Shown: positions 1 through 11,772 of the stretch, one piece after another
Layout: each line of letters opens with the position of its first letter
Numbering within the stretch: position 1 is the stretch's first letter
Assembly: GCF_006345805.1 (NCBI RefSeq)
Contig: NC_043013.1
Location: 2,418,001-2,482,000, forward strand
Origin: Octopus sinensis
Taxonomy: Eukaryota
DNA length: 64,000 nt
Direction: 5' to 3'
Notes under the pieces: model-generated
The model's database searches: none
The model's input: the letters and a program-made list of their open reading frames with translations, nothing else
What the model was told of the DNA's origin: nothing
Made by a program: the position numbers and the translations under genes

Positions 1-295
1 GGAATTGTGAAATATGATACTGCAAATTTTCTTATTATATTTTATTTTGCTATTCTTTATTTTACCCTTCTTCTTCTCTTTTATCCTGTGTTTTATTCTA
101 CCCAAAGGCACTGAGCGTGAACTCCTAAAATTTTCTCTTTTCACTTGTTGGAGAAAAATCGTTGGAAAAAGGATTTTGAAAATAAAATTGATAATATTTA
201 AGAATAATGGCCTATTGATTTATTCATTTTTCTTTCATCTATTACTGTCTGTCTTCCTTGATGTCTGTTCATGAGTCTCCCTGTATGTTTATGCT

Positions 296-358
<63 letters not shown>

Positions 359-363
359 ATAAA

Positions 364-720
364 TAGGCACAGGAGTGGTTGTGTGGTAAGAAGCTTGCTT
401 CCCAACCACATGGTTCCGGATTCAGACCAAAGCCTTGTGAGTGGCTTTGGTAGATGGAAACTGAAAGAAGCCCGTCATATATATATATATGTGTGTGTGT
501 GTATTTGTTGTTTGTGTCTGTGTTTGTTCCTCCACCATCACTTGATAACCGATGTGTATTTTACATCCCTGTCACTTAGCGGTTCGGTAAAAAGAGACTG
601 GTAGAATAAGTACTAGGCTTACAAAGAATAAGTCTTGGGGTTGATTTGTTTGACTAAAGGCGGTGCTCTAGCATGGTCGCAGTCAAATGACTGAAACAAG
701 TAAAAGAATGCATAAATGTA
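364..720 (+). mobile_element. tRNA-derived SINE family A (CORE-like), copy lacking the central CORE segment
   Basis: Head GGCACAGGAGTGGTTGTGTGGTAAGAAGCTTGCTTCCCAACCACATGGTTCC, internal (TA)/(TG) tract and shared tail ...GCAGTCAAATGACTGAAACAAGTAAAAGAAT. Confidence 0.85.
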
Positions 721-3394
721 GAGAGAGAGAGAAAGAGAGAGAGGAGAATGATAGAATAGGCACAGGCATGAGTGTATGGTTAAGACATTCACTTAACAAC
801 CACGTGGTTTCAGGTTCAATCCCTGTATGCAGCACATCTACTATGGCCCCAATTCACCTAATGCACTGTGAGTCATTACTGACTAACATTCTTTTAATTC
901 TGTACTAGTTTCTATCACTGCAGTCATGCTGGAGCAACATTTGTGAAGGGTTTGATTGATCAAATCAATACCAGCCCTTAATGACTCACACTAATTCTAT
1001 TGGTTTCAAATTGCTGACTGCTATGTCACAGAGGGCATAAACAAACCAATACCACATACACATATATATTATGCATGTGCACATGTGTGGAAAGAGGCCA
1101 GTAAAATGATTATACATACATATATATATATATATATATACAAAGTAAGATAGGGGTTATGGAAGTAACCCACTATGGGATATCAGTTATCCAATATACT
1201 GCTGGTAAAGTACCCAAATACTAAATACATAAATGCTTATAATTGCAATGCAATTAATTCATTTATTGTATTGAATGGGTGAAAGTAAAAAATATTTTAC
1301 CATAAATTCATAATACAAATAAGAAAATGGAGGAACAAATTCATTTCGATCATCAACTTACGGATATTACAATTTCATATATATATATATATATATATAT
1401 AAATTAGAAATGGAAACCAAAATAATTAAATTGAATAATTTAATCATTAAACGATAAAGTTGATTCAATCTTATTATTTTATACAAACAAATGAGACATC
1501 TGGTAAATTACAGCTGGTTCTGCATCATTAAAAAATAACAGGTTTTTCAAGATTAATAGAATACCATTTTAAATACCGACTGTTACTCAGTTTCAGTTGA
1601 ATGTCCATCAGTTACATTTCCTATGTTACCAAACTCAATGATAAGGCATTGGGACTGAATCAGAATCCATAGCCTTAACACAGCTATGTCTAGTCTTATA
1701 CACACAGCCATATAAATGCCTGTGGTTAAGGAGTTTACTCCACATGCATGAGGCTTCTGCTTCAGTTCCAAAATGCAGCAACCTCAGGGAGACATATTTT
1801 AAATACTAAAACTGGAACAAAATACAGGGGTCAAGCTGATCAACTGAACCCTTCAAGGAGTTGCTCAAGGATGGCTTCAATCCAATGACTGAAACATGTA
1901 AAATTATGAGAATATATATGAATGTTCAAAGGAGATGTGTTTGCCAAAGTGCAGAGAACTCAATATTTTATAATTATAAAGCTTTGACAATCTATTGTTA
2001 GAGTTAATACTCCAACAGTTCAAACATCTGTCATCAGTAAGACAATTATCTTGGTTCTTGTACAGCCTCAACTGATGTGTTTTGAGTTAAAAACATGTCA
2101 TTTTTACTTCTGCTTGGGCTTTCTGAGAAAAAAGTTTTGTTCTCTTTGCTTTTAATTCTCTTAAATTTATGGTCAAAGGGAAATAACTGATAAACTAAAG
2201 GCATCATGCCCCTTAATAATTTATTACAACTGAAATAATCAGAAGATAACACGTGCACATGGTTCAGTTAAAAAAAAGAAATTTCTATTTCAATAAAAGG
2301 GAAAGAAAAATATTAAAGAAAGGTAGGGAAGGAAGGAGAGAAAGAGAAAACAGAAAAGGAAAATGTGAAGCAATTTTTAAAATTCAGTATCCATGCACTC
2401 ACTACTGACACCTGTTTCATTCAGAATGTATTCAAGTTACATAATATGAACTTATCAAGGTGCATATAGTTGTCAAATATCTCATACTTGTCTTCTATAT
2501 ATCCTTGGCTGGTGAAATTTTTTTTCACTTCAGTTTTTTTCTCCTCCCCAGTGCAAAAGCAGCATCTTTTCCTGTCATCTACACAAGGCCTGGATCTTTG
2601 CAACTTTTTTTCTTTCAAGACCAGGTGTTACACATTACATTTCAGTTATAATTGTCTCTGACAAAAAAGGTTTGATTGTAAATTCACTTCTATGTCCCTT
2701 TTGTTATAACACAATAATGGAACATCAGGATGTTGCCATGGTTGGATCAATTGATTTAAGCTCTGCTTCATAAACGATGACTTATGTATTGCAGATTTAT
2801 TCAACTAACATCTTACTATTGTTTCTACATAAGAAACCTGTGATAGTTGATATGACATACTTATGGCAAATAATTTGCTTCATATTGGTGCTGCAGTTAA
2901 AACTGTCCATAAGGTTTGGTTTTGTTGAACAATTTTCTATTTGTATGGCAAGTGGAGAAGTGTTCACTTATTGAATTTAGGAGGATGTTTTTTTTTTTTC
3001 CTTTTTACTTAAGGTTTACCGAGAAATGGGGTGCAATATTTAACTTCCACATTAAATATATACATGTCCTTTCTTTTTGTTTAAAAACCTATCTCTGTCT
3101 ATGTGTGCATGTTTTTGTACGTGCGTATTCATCGTTATTTTATTTTGTTCAATTTTAGAAAACTTGAAGCATGTCTGACAATTCTGGAATGTATCGAATG
3201 GAGCGTGACTTTTGACCCACCCTGTGTGTGTGCGCGCGCACATGGTTATGCATCATATTATGCGTACATGTATGTAAATTATATTTAAATATGTGAACAG
3301 GTATATGCCTAATTCTTTCTATAAAATTTATGTATTGTGTGACAAAACTGTTAATTTTCTTTGGACAACTGAATGTGTGTGTGTGTGTGTGTGT

Positions 3395-3443
<49 letters not shown>

Positions 3444-4473
3444 AAGAGAATGCGTGAGTGTGTGTGAGATTTGTGTATAAAATGTATTTCTCTGAAGTTC
3501 TGAGGATCATTCAAGTATCAGTTGTTATCTGCGGTTTCATGGTTTTAAGTAGATGAGAGATAAATTTCCTGCGATTGACCTATCTCAGATATTTTACTAA
3601 CCACAAGAGGTTCACGAGTGAGCGCTGATCTAACATATAAGAAAATCTCAATGTAATTTGAACCCCAAATATATCGATTTGAATATTTCGCTTAATTATA
3701 AAACCACTGCAAGAAAAAGATTAGTTTTTTAGGTGTGGAATAACCCAACGTTTCTTAAACGCCATATTGAGATTTATATGCGCGCGCATCATGATCATCA
3801 AGTATCGATACGTACGAAGTGTAATGCTACCTGAGTGTCACTGTTTCAGAGCTTTCAACAATCACTCACCTTTCACCCAGGCCATCGAGCCCTGTTTGCG
3901 TAGAGCATCCAGGCTACGTTTAATAAATAAGGTAACCAAAAGATATGGAGGAAAAAAATTGTCAGGGGCAATAGAGGTTAGTTTGCCTTAGTACATACCA
4001 AGAATTTCATTCATCCAATCAAATTGACTTCGATAGGATTTGAACTCAGAATCCATTAGTAACTATAACTAAATTATGTAAGACATTCAGTCAAGCAGGC
4101 CACCAATTAATCATCCAATGTAATCAAATGAGAGGTAATATCGGCAGAACGGCTAACATTTTATCAACGCGTGAGAGGTGAAAGACAAAGCTAAACCCTG
4201 TAAAAGAGTCCATAACTAAATAATAGAATACACTTTGCCCAGTTATAAACTCATTGAGAACACAAAAGAAAAATACATACAAGTACAGAACTTTTTAATT
4301 TGAACACAAATAAAATATGATGGAGGGAAAAGAAAATAAGTAGAAGAAAGGTGAAAAAAGGATAAAACGGTTGATGATAGAAAGGGAAAGAGATAGAAAG
4401 TAGCCATGATTACACAGGAAAGAAACGACATAAGAAAAGAGAAAGTGATTCAATAAAGATAGAAAAGAAAAGA

Positions 4474-4504
<31 letters not shown>

Positions 4505-5897
4505 GGGAGAATAAGAGACAGAAAGAGGAGGAACAGAGAGAGAGAGAATAGCAGAAGATAATCTAGGAAAGAAGACGTTATCAGAAACAGATAGCGAAAT
4601 AGAATAAAAAAAGAAATGCAATGGAGGTAGTGAGTGTACGGTTTTATTGACGTTTCAATTTGATGTAACTGCTGTCTGGTCTGCTTAAACTCGACCAGCC
4701 TAATGCATTCAGTACAATACGTAATGGCGATGTCGGTGTGTCGGTGAAGAGAGTGGGGATAAGAGAGGTAGTCAGACAAGAGGGAGAAAATAGAGAAAGA
4801 ACGAAGACATAGTGCTACTATTAGTTATCAAGGTCGTCGCACCCACCGTTGCCAATATGGTTGAAATCGCTATGGCCACCATTTTTCACATATCATATGG
4901 CAGCCGACATTACCTTACATGAAGGTTTTACATAAAGCTTACATTTTAGATAACTTCATAGATAATTTAACTATCAGTGTGTGTGTGCTATATTGGTTTC
5001 AAATGTTGGCAAACAGCCAGCAATTGCGGAGGAGGAATAAGTCGATTACATTGACCTCAGTGTTTAACTGGTACTTATTTTATCGACCCCGGCGACATTT
5101 GAACTCAAAACGCAAAGTCGGAAGAAACACCGCAACGTTTGTCCAGTGCGTTAACGATTTTCCAGTTTGCCGCCTTTTGTATGCGTGTGTGTGTGTGTTA
5201 ACAACATAAACGTGAATGCCTATTTATACAGGAATTGTTCCTGACGAATGGCAGTTCGATTCTCAATTACAAAGACCAAGGTTCAATCACGCTGCTCGGC
5301 TTCTTGGGCACAGTTTACTAAAGGAATTAATCCATACTTATAAATGCAAAAAGGTAGGCGGGAACTGGGCCGTCTTCGAAATGGAAATCAACTTCAAACA
5401 GAGAAATACATTATGGTTATAAGGGTTTGAGGAATACTAGCTACTTAACCACTACTTCAATGAGTTGATTGAACAAATGAAAAAATACGGGTGAAATTTC
5501 TCATCGATATGTGCGCATGGATGTACACATGGCCACATGTCCAGTATAATGGAAATGTTGCCCTCTTACAATCTTGGTCGTAATCTGGAATTCTGTAATG
5601 TGAAACTCGTGTTACATGGAAGTCGAAGAGAAAATGCGGTTCGTGTTACTCAACCATGTTAATGCAACATCATTCACTCAACGCCTTTATATTACTTAGG
5701 AAAAAGGGACAATACATGTGGCCTACCCATGCCTTCTGCGGGCAATGAGAGTGATGCCGTCATTGTTCTTGCACACACGTATAATACCGGATCCAATGCC
5801 AAGTTCACACCAATAAGGAAGAAAACCTATATCAAGACCTCAAAACTACGTATTCTTTGCGAGATAGACGATGAGAGCAGAGAGAGGAGAGTGTGTG

Positions 5898-5969
<72 letters not shown>

Positions 5970-6109
5970 GAGAGGGAGGGATATATCTATCTTATCTATC
6001 TATACGCACGCGCGCATACATACATGTATGGCTGAATATATAAGGATTAATTTATAATGGATTAATATTTATAAATGTACAAAGATTAATATTTATCAGG
6101 TGGGTAATA

Positions 6110-6185
<76 letters not shown>

Positions 6186-7324
6186 AATGATACCCATATA
6201 TAAAATGTGTTAGCGCTTATATAATTGGGAAGAAAAACGACTAACAATAACAATCCTCATAATCTGCCAAGTATTATCAGTGAGTTGGGTTTTTTTTAAT
6301 ATTTTTTATAAAGCTTATGAAGAAGGCCTTAGTATGTCGTATTTAAGTGGTGCAAACTTCATTGCGGCATAGCAAGAAGTAGCAGAGGAAGTGAGAGGAG
6401 GAGGAGGAGGGTGAGAAGAGATGAGAGACGGGAGAATGAGTTGAAAGATAGCAAATAGTGAGAGAGAGAGGCAGAGGCAGAAGAGGAATAAAACAGACGC
6501 AGAGGCTTACTTTGTTAACGATAGTAAAGTAAGGAGGGGGGAGCATAAAGGGAGAAGGGGGGGGGCTCAAGTGTAAAAAGCAAGAGAGAACAGAAAGTTA
6601 AGTAAAGATTTTTTAAACCAGGAAAAAGATATAAGGGGGGAAAATATAAGGAGGTTTTTGAGGTTGTAGACTGAAAGACAGACGTGAATTTTAGTCGATG
6701 GGGGAGGAGAGGAGGCGGTAATAAGAAAGGGTAGTGTTTGAGAAAGGCAAATTTTACGTTGAGGAATAAAATTTAGAGGTAAAAAAAAAAACTTACACAT
6801 TAAATGTGTACAAACTCATAAACGTACACACACAAAGTGACAGGTGTATCTGTGTATGCATGGAATTGGACAATTCTAATACAAAGATCTACTTTAAGCT
6901 ATCTCCTCATTAGTTATCATACAAATTATTCTTAAAATTTTCATTTTTTTTTTAAAGTATATTTCGTTAAAGAGGTGAAATACGACCGGCACCTATCCGT
7001 AACTACCTCCTTCCCGGTTAACAAAGGTAAGAATTTCCACGTAAACACAAAATATATCATAGAAAATCAATTCTGAATATCTCGAAATTATCTGCTCTTG
7101 ACCTTGAGAGTCGATATATAATAATTAACGCTAGTATTTTTTGCGTACGTCACTCATTACATGACTGGCAACTTGAATAATATGTATGCGCATGCATACT
7201 AATTTTAAATCATTAAAGTACACGTAATAATTTGTATATCTGCCATGAAAGATTACATCCATGTACGTATGCAAATGTCGAACGACGAGAATTAGTGCTC
7301 ATTGGTGAATAAAATTTCTTCATT

Positions 7325-7479
7325 TGTGTATTAAGGCTACCGTTGGTTTCATGTTAAGAAAAATATCTTAATATTCAAACCGATCACGAAATGGAGACGA
7401 ACACAATTCCTCCATGTGATCGGTTTGAAACATTAAGATATTTTTCTTAACATGAAACCAATGGTAGCCTTAGTACACA
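7325..7479. repeat. 155-bp near-perfect inverted repeat (hairpin/MITE-like)
   Basis: Left arm TGTGTATTAAGGCTACCGTTGGTTTCATGTTAAGAAAAATATCTTAATATTCAAACCGATCAC pairs with GTGATCGGTTTGAAACATTAAGATATTTTTCTTAACATGAAACCAATGGTAGCCTTAGTACACA. Confidence 0.9.
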
Positions 7480-8159
7480 CACACACACACACATAAATAC
7501 ACGCATTAGATTAAGCCTAAGATAATTTAAAAATCAAGAATTTATGCTGTATATTTGATATACTTGTATGTCTGAGTTGCTCACGTGCTCACTGAGTAAC
7601 TCCTGAGTAACATGTTGCTCAATGGTAACTCCTCAGTTACTTCTCTTCGCACACTTTTGTTTAATGTATGTAAATTATCAACCCCATACATGTATTAAAC
7701 CCTTTTTGTATATGTCTATTTTCCTTCGCTGCTGGAGGTAGGTTAGAATAATAATCGTACGGATGAAGCCTATTGAGGCAAAAACCTATGTCCACAACTC
7801 CTACTCCTTAATGGCAGGTCATGTTCGGGGAATTCTTGAGATTATCACCAGCTCCCATGTGGAGCTGTTCTCAGTTGTTCATTTGCCAATTGTGACATCC
7901 TCAAGAAGGGATAATTTTAAGAAATCAAGAATTTATGCAGTATGCAATTTGATATATACACATGTATTAGTCTAGGCTTATAAATGAATACATATAACAT
8001 TTCATATGTGCAAAAACATACACACACACACACAGATACCTACTAATGTTAACACACCATCTTAAATGCAGCGTTCTGACAATGATATGGGAGTTTCAGT
8101 AATTCACTGATGTAAGGCGATAGATGATGAAATACACGAGACGAGGCGAGTAAATGAGA

Positions 8160-8400
8160 GATGGAAGTTTGAGAACCACTGATATAAAGTTTTCCTGTTT
8201 CGCCTGGAGTTGGTACAGTTCTTGTTTAGCAAGAAGCAAGGTCAAGTGATCATCCATCTTTTTGTTTATGAGACACTACATTCTCTTAGGCAAAGTGTAT
8301 CTTGCATTACATTAGCCAATGTGTGTGGCTTTTTGGGGGTTTTTTTTTTATTAATATGAATTTGAGTTTAACTTGAGAGAAAAGGCTATTACTGCTTGTA
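8160..8400. mobile_element. Possible hAT/Charlie debris (TIR-like end and KPHTLA fragment)
   Basis: GTTTGAGAACCACTG at 8167-8181 is the reverse complement of a CAGTGGTTCTCAAAC Charlie-type end; minus-strand KPHTLA at ~8314-8331. Confidence 0.3.
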
Positions 8401-9329
8401 AGTTTGAAGTATTTGCCCGCAGCAAACTATTTTTGGTTGGTGTATGTTGTTGCTTAGCTCCAACTAAGCGTTGCTCAAACAGCCCTGTGATGGAAGACAT
8501 TCCAACTATGGCCATCCGATAGTACCATTTCGGAATGTGTGACCTCTTTCCTCAAGACAGATATGTGAGATGATGTGGCTGCATTTTTCAGTTTATCGAA
8601 CGACCACGTAAAAGTTCTCCCGTGTACTTGTGTGTGTGTATGTGTGCGCGACTGTTTCCGAGAAGAAACTCAAATATACACAATAATTTCATTATTATTA
8701 TTATTATTATGAAAATACAAACAAGACCCATAGTACCAATACAATGAGGCCATAGCCAAGGCGAAATGTCCTCCTTGACCGGAAGTTGGTCGGATGTACG
8801 TAATTGTTATCGCTTCACATATTAAATTTATCCGGAAATTATATATAATGGCTTTATACATTTTGAAAAGTAACAGGAATTTTACTGCAATGGATAATTT
8901 CATGAAGAATTCTTTAGCTTAATGGAAATATTTCAACTCTGATGTAAAGAAGGCTGTGAATCGCTCAACTGACTGAAGTTACCAGAATTATAAAAATATA
9001 ACAAAGAATAGCGCCATACAAATTGCAAATAAATATTACTTCGACTTAATGAAAATATAGATAAAGAATGTTCAAATATTTATAAGGAAACCGATACTGT
9101 ATGTATCTTTCGTTGTCCGACGCCTGTGAGAATGGGAGGATGGGGGAAATGATGTCAAAATAAAACAGGGAAATCTTTATACACGTACATACATCTATAT
9201 GTACAAAAAGCATTTCTTTCCGTTTTCTACCTTATAAACCATTAATACACATTATATTTATTTTACTTGGTCTTAACCATTTGAAATGCATTAGCAAATT
9301 TAATGTACAGCCAGTTCTCGAATTACCAT

Positions 9330-10200
9330 GTTCTGGATATGCTTCTAAGTAAGAATCTTTCCACGACTCTGTGTCGTAGCCAGTTTTCGAAATAGCCCGT
9401 GTATAGCCATGGGCATAAGACAGATAAGACGGTGCTATTGAAGGGTCTTACTCGGCTGTGATTTAAGTACATCAATCACCTTCTACGTTGCTCTTACTCT
9501 ACGTCAAGATTCCAGCGTTTATCCCAAGTAGGTGTATCACCACTATTCGGTCGTGTGTTATGCTTTCGGGCAGCAAGATTTTATTTTCATAAGATTTTGA
9601 TCCCTACTATACTCAGTGCCCAGCTCTGCAGCTGATTCGAGGTTTCTGCAATGAGTACAATGACATCTGCAAATCGAGATGTGTTAATATTTCACCGCTG
9701 ATGCTGAAGCCACTTTTCCAATAAATACCTCTGATGACCCTATTACGAGATATGAAGTGATGAGCTTTGAAGAGGTAGTATCTCTTTGATAGCATTCTAT
9801 GTGTGCAACACTTACAGGTGATGAATGCAGGACTATATCGATGATATATCTCGAGTCGCGTAACTGGGAGGTTTGCTGTATTGATAGCTCGACTCCTTGA
9901 ACCTTCAGCGCTGCATTCATTTCGAAAACGACATCAACATTCTAGAAGCTGTGTTAGAGCGAATATGTAGTCTATCGTTCTCTAGTACTTCAGAGAACCT
10001 GCTTGTTCTCTCGGCTGTCGGTCCTCGAGATGTTTTGATAGTCTGCTGGTCCTTGTAACCAGCTTGTACAAGGCAAGAGCCATCATGGAGTAACAGCTTT
10101 TCACATCTTCCCTATCACCCTTACTATAAGCGAAAATAGTATTCGTCTCTTTCCACATCGAGGGTATTGTTTCCCCTCTTTCCACATCGAGGGTATTTTT
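9330..10200 (-). mobile_element. RTE-clade LINE reverse transcriptase fragment (decayed)
   Basis: WKETNTIFAYSKGDREDVK...LYKLVTR...LEDRQPREQAG, SISGEILTHL, YLG and FNSTVLSVL fragments resemble RTE RT motifs; many stops and frameshifts. Confidence 0.75.
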
Positions 10201-10206
10201 TCCCCC

Positions 10207-10878
10207 TTAACATTTCCGTTGTTATAACCCATTTCTCGTTATCAATCACTATTCGTTCCAAAAAAAAAGGTCCATTCGTTAGTCATGACAACAAAGAGCA
10301 CACATTCACTCTCATTAAACTCAGAATGTTTGTGAGGAACCCATTGACCCAATTTGCTGACTTTTCCAATGGCACGCAGGTTTCGATGAATGGTTGAATG
10401 ACCAAATCCAAGCTTCTCTGCTAGTTTCTCAACGGTTACGATGGGATTTTGTTCCACCAGGGTTTGCAGGACGTCCTCGTTGAGCTCTACAGGTCTTCCA
10501 GGACGAGGCTCGTCTTCTAGGCTGTAGTTTCCGGCTCGGAATTTCTGGAACCACCATTGGACACTGGTTTACGATTATCGTCCGATCCCCATAAGCTGCA
10601 TTAATATTCCTAACCTTAACCCTATTCCGTTGCGTTGTTGCCTTTATTGAACTCATAAAGCAAAATATGTCGAATATGCTCCTTTGTCACTTCCATTATA
10701 GCTTTGAAAAGAATGATAAAATCGAACTGCACTCTTCAAAACTTGCATTAAGCATAAGGACATGGTAAAATTACAACCTGCTTTTATAGCAAGTTGGGGT
10801 CAGGTAGTTTATCCCGTCCCTCTCCGACTTTTAGTTCATGCAATTGAAAAAGCCACATTATTTATGGGATGATGCAAT
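10207..10878 (-). mobile_element. Mariner (Hsmar1/Mos1-like) transposon remnant
   Basis: Minus strand ATG at 10696 gives MEVTKEHIRHILLYEFNKGNNATE*, then LAEKLGFGHSTIHRNLRAIGKVSKLGQWVPH (WVPHEL-type motif) and RIVIDNEKWV (VTGDEKW-type). TIR-like ATTGCATCATCCCATAAATAATGTGGCTTTT at ~10848-10878. Confidence 0.85.
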
Positions 10879-10909
10879 GTATGTGTGTAGGACGCCATGA
10901 TAGATCGTT

Positions 10910-11087
10910 AGCTCCTACACGCGTTTTTTTCTCTCCTAGTTTTTTTTTCTGTGTATCTTTCTGTCGAAGAGCGTAGGCTCGGAACGTAAAAGACTTTTTC
11001 TATTTCTATTCCTGAGCGCTATACTAATACATTTGTTTGTTAGTACTCCACCTGCCTTCGTCTTTTGCTTATTTTCGTAAACTTTCC

Positions 11088-11090
<3 letters not shown>
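10910..11090 (+). mobile_element. Penelope-type terminal repeat with hammerhead-like core (copy 1 of a family)
   Basis: TCTTT-CTGTCGA-AGAGC-GTAG-GCTC-GGAACGTA-AAAGA; near-identical to 45361-45558. Confidence 0.6.
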
Positions 11091-11151
<61 letters not shown>

Positions 11152-11153
<2 letters not shown>

Positions 11154-11310
11154 GAGTGGTTGGTGTTAGGAAGGGCATCCAGCTGTAGAAACATTGCCAG
11201 ATAAGACTGGAGCCTGGTGCAGCCTTTTGGCTTCCCAGATCCCCGGTCGAACCGTCCAACCCATGCTAGCATGGAGAACGGACGTTAAACGATGATGATG
11301 ATGATGATGA

Positions 11311-11314
<4 letters not shown>
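11152..11314 (+). mobile_element. RTE-type LINE/SINE 3' end with (GAT)n tail
   Basis: ...CCGTCCAACCCATGCTAGCATGGAGAACGGACGTTAAAC(GAT)n; second copy on the minus strand at 56712-57030. Confidence 0.7.
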
Positions 11315-11357
<43 letters not shown>

Positions 11358-11726
11358 ACTGTATCTTATTTATAATAAAATTATACGAAATATAGTGTAT
11401 AATACGTGTGTCTTTGTTCATATATTGCGTGTTTATGTATCTGGATTTGAATGTAGCACACAAACACAGCATACATCTGAATTGTACTTTGCAACTGTGT
11501 GTGTGTGTATGCCTTCCAAGTACACAATAATTCTCAGAAAATATCTGTATATGTTCTGGGGAGTGTATTCGTATATACTAACGTGTGTGTGTGTGTGTGT
11601 GTTGCTAGTCCATGGATATATAGTATGTGTGTTAATAGATTCATTTCAAAATTCTAATTAATGCATGGCGTCCACAGAAGTACTATCTCACTCATAAATA
11701 TAGAATTCCATGAATGGACACTACGA

Positions 11727-11772
<46 letters not shown>

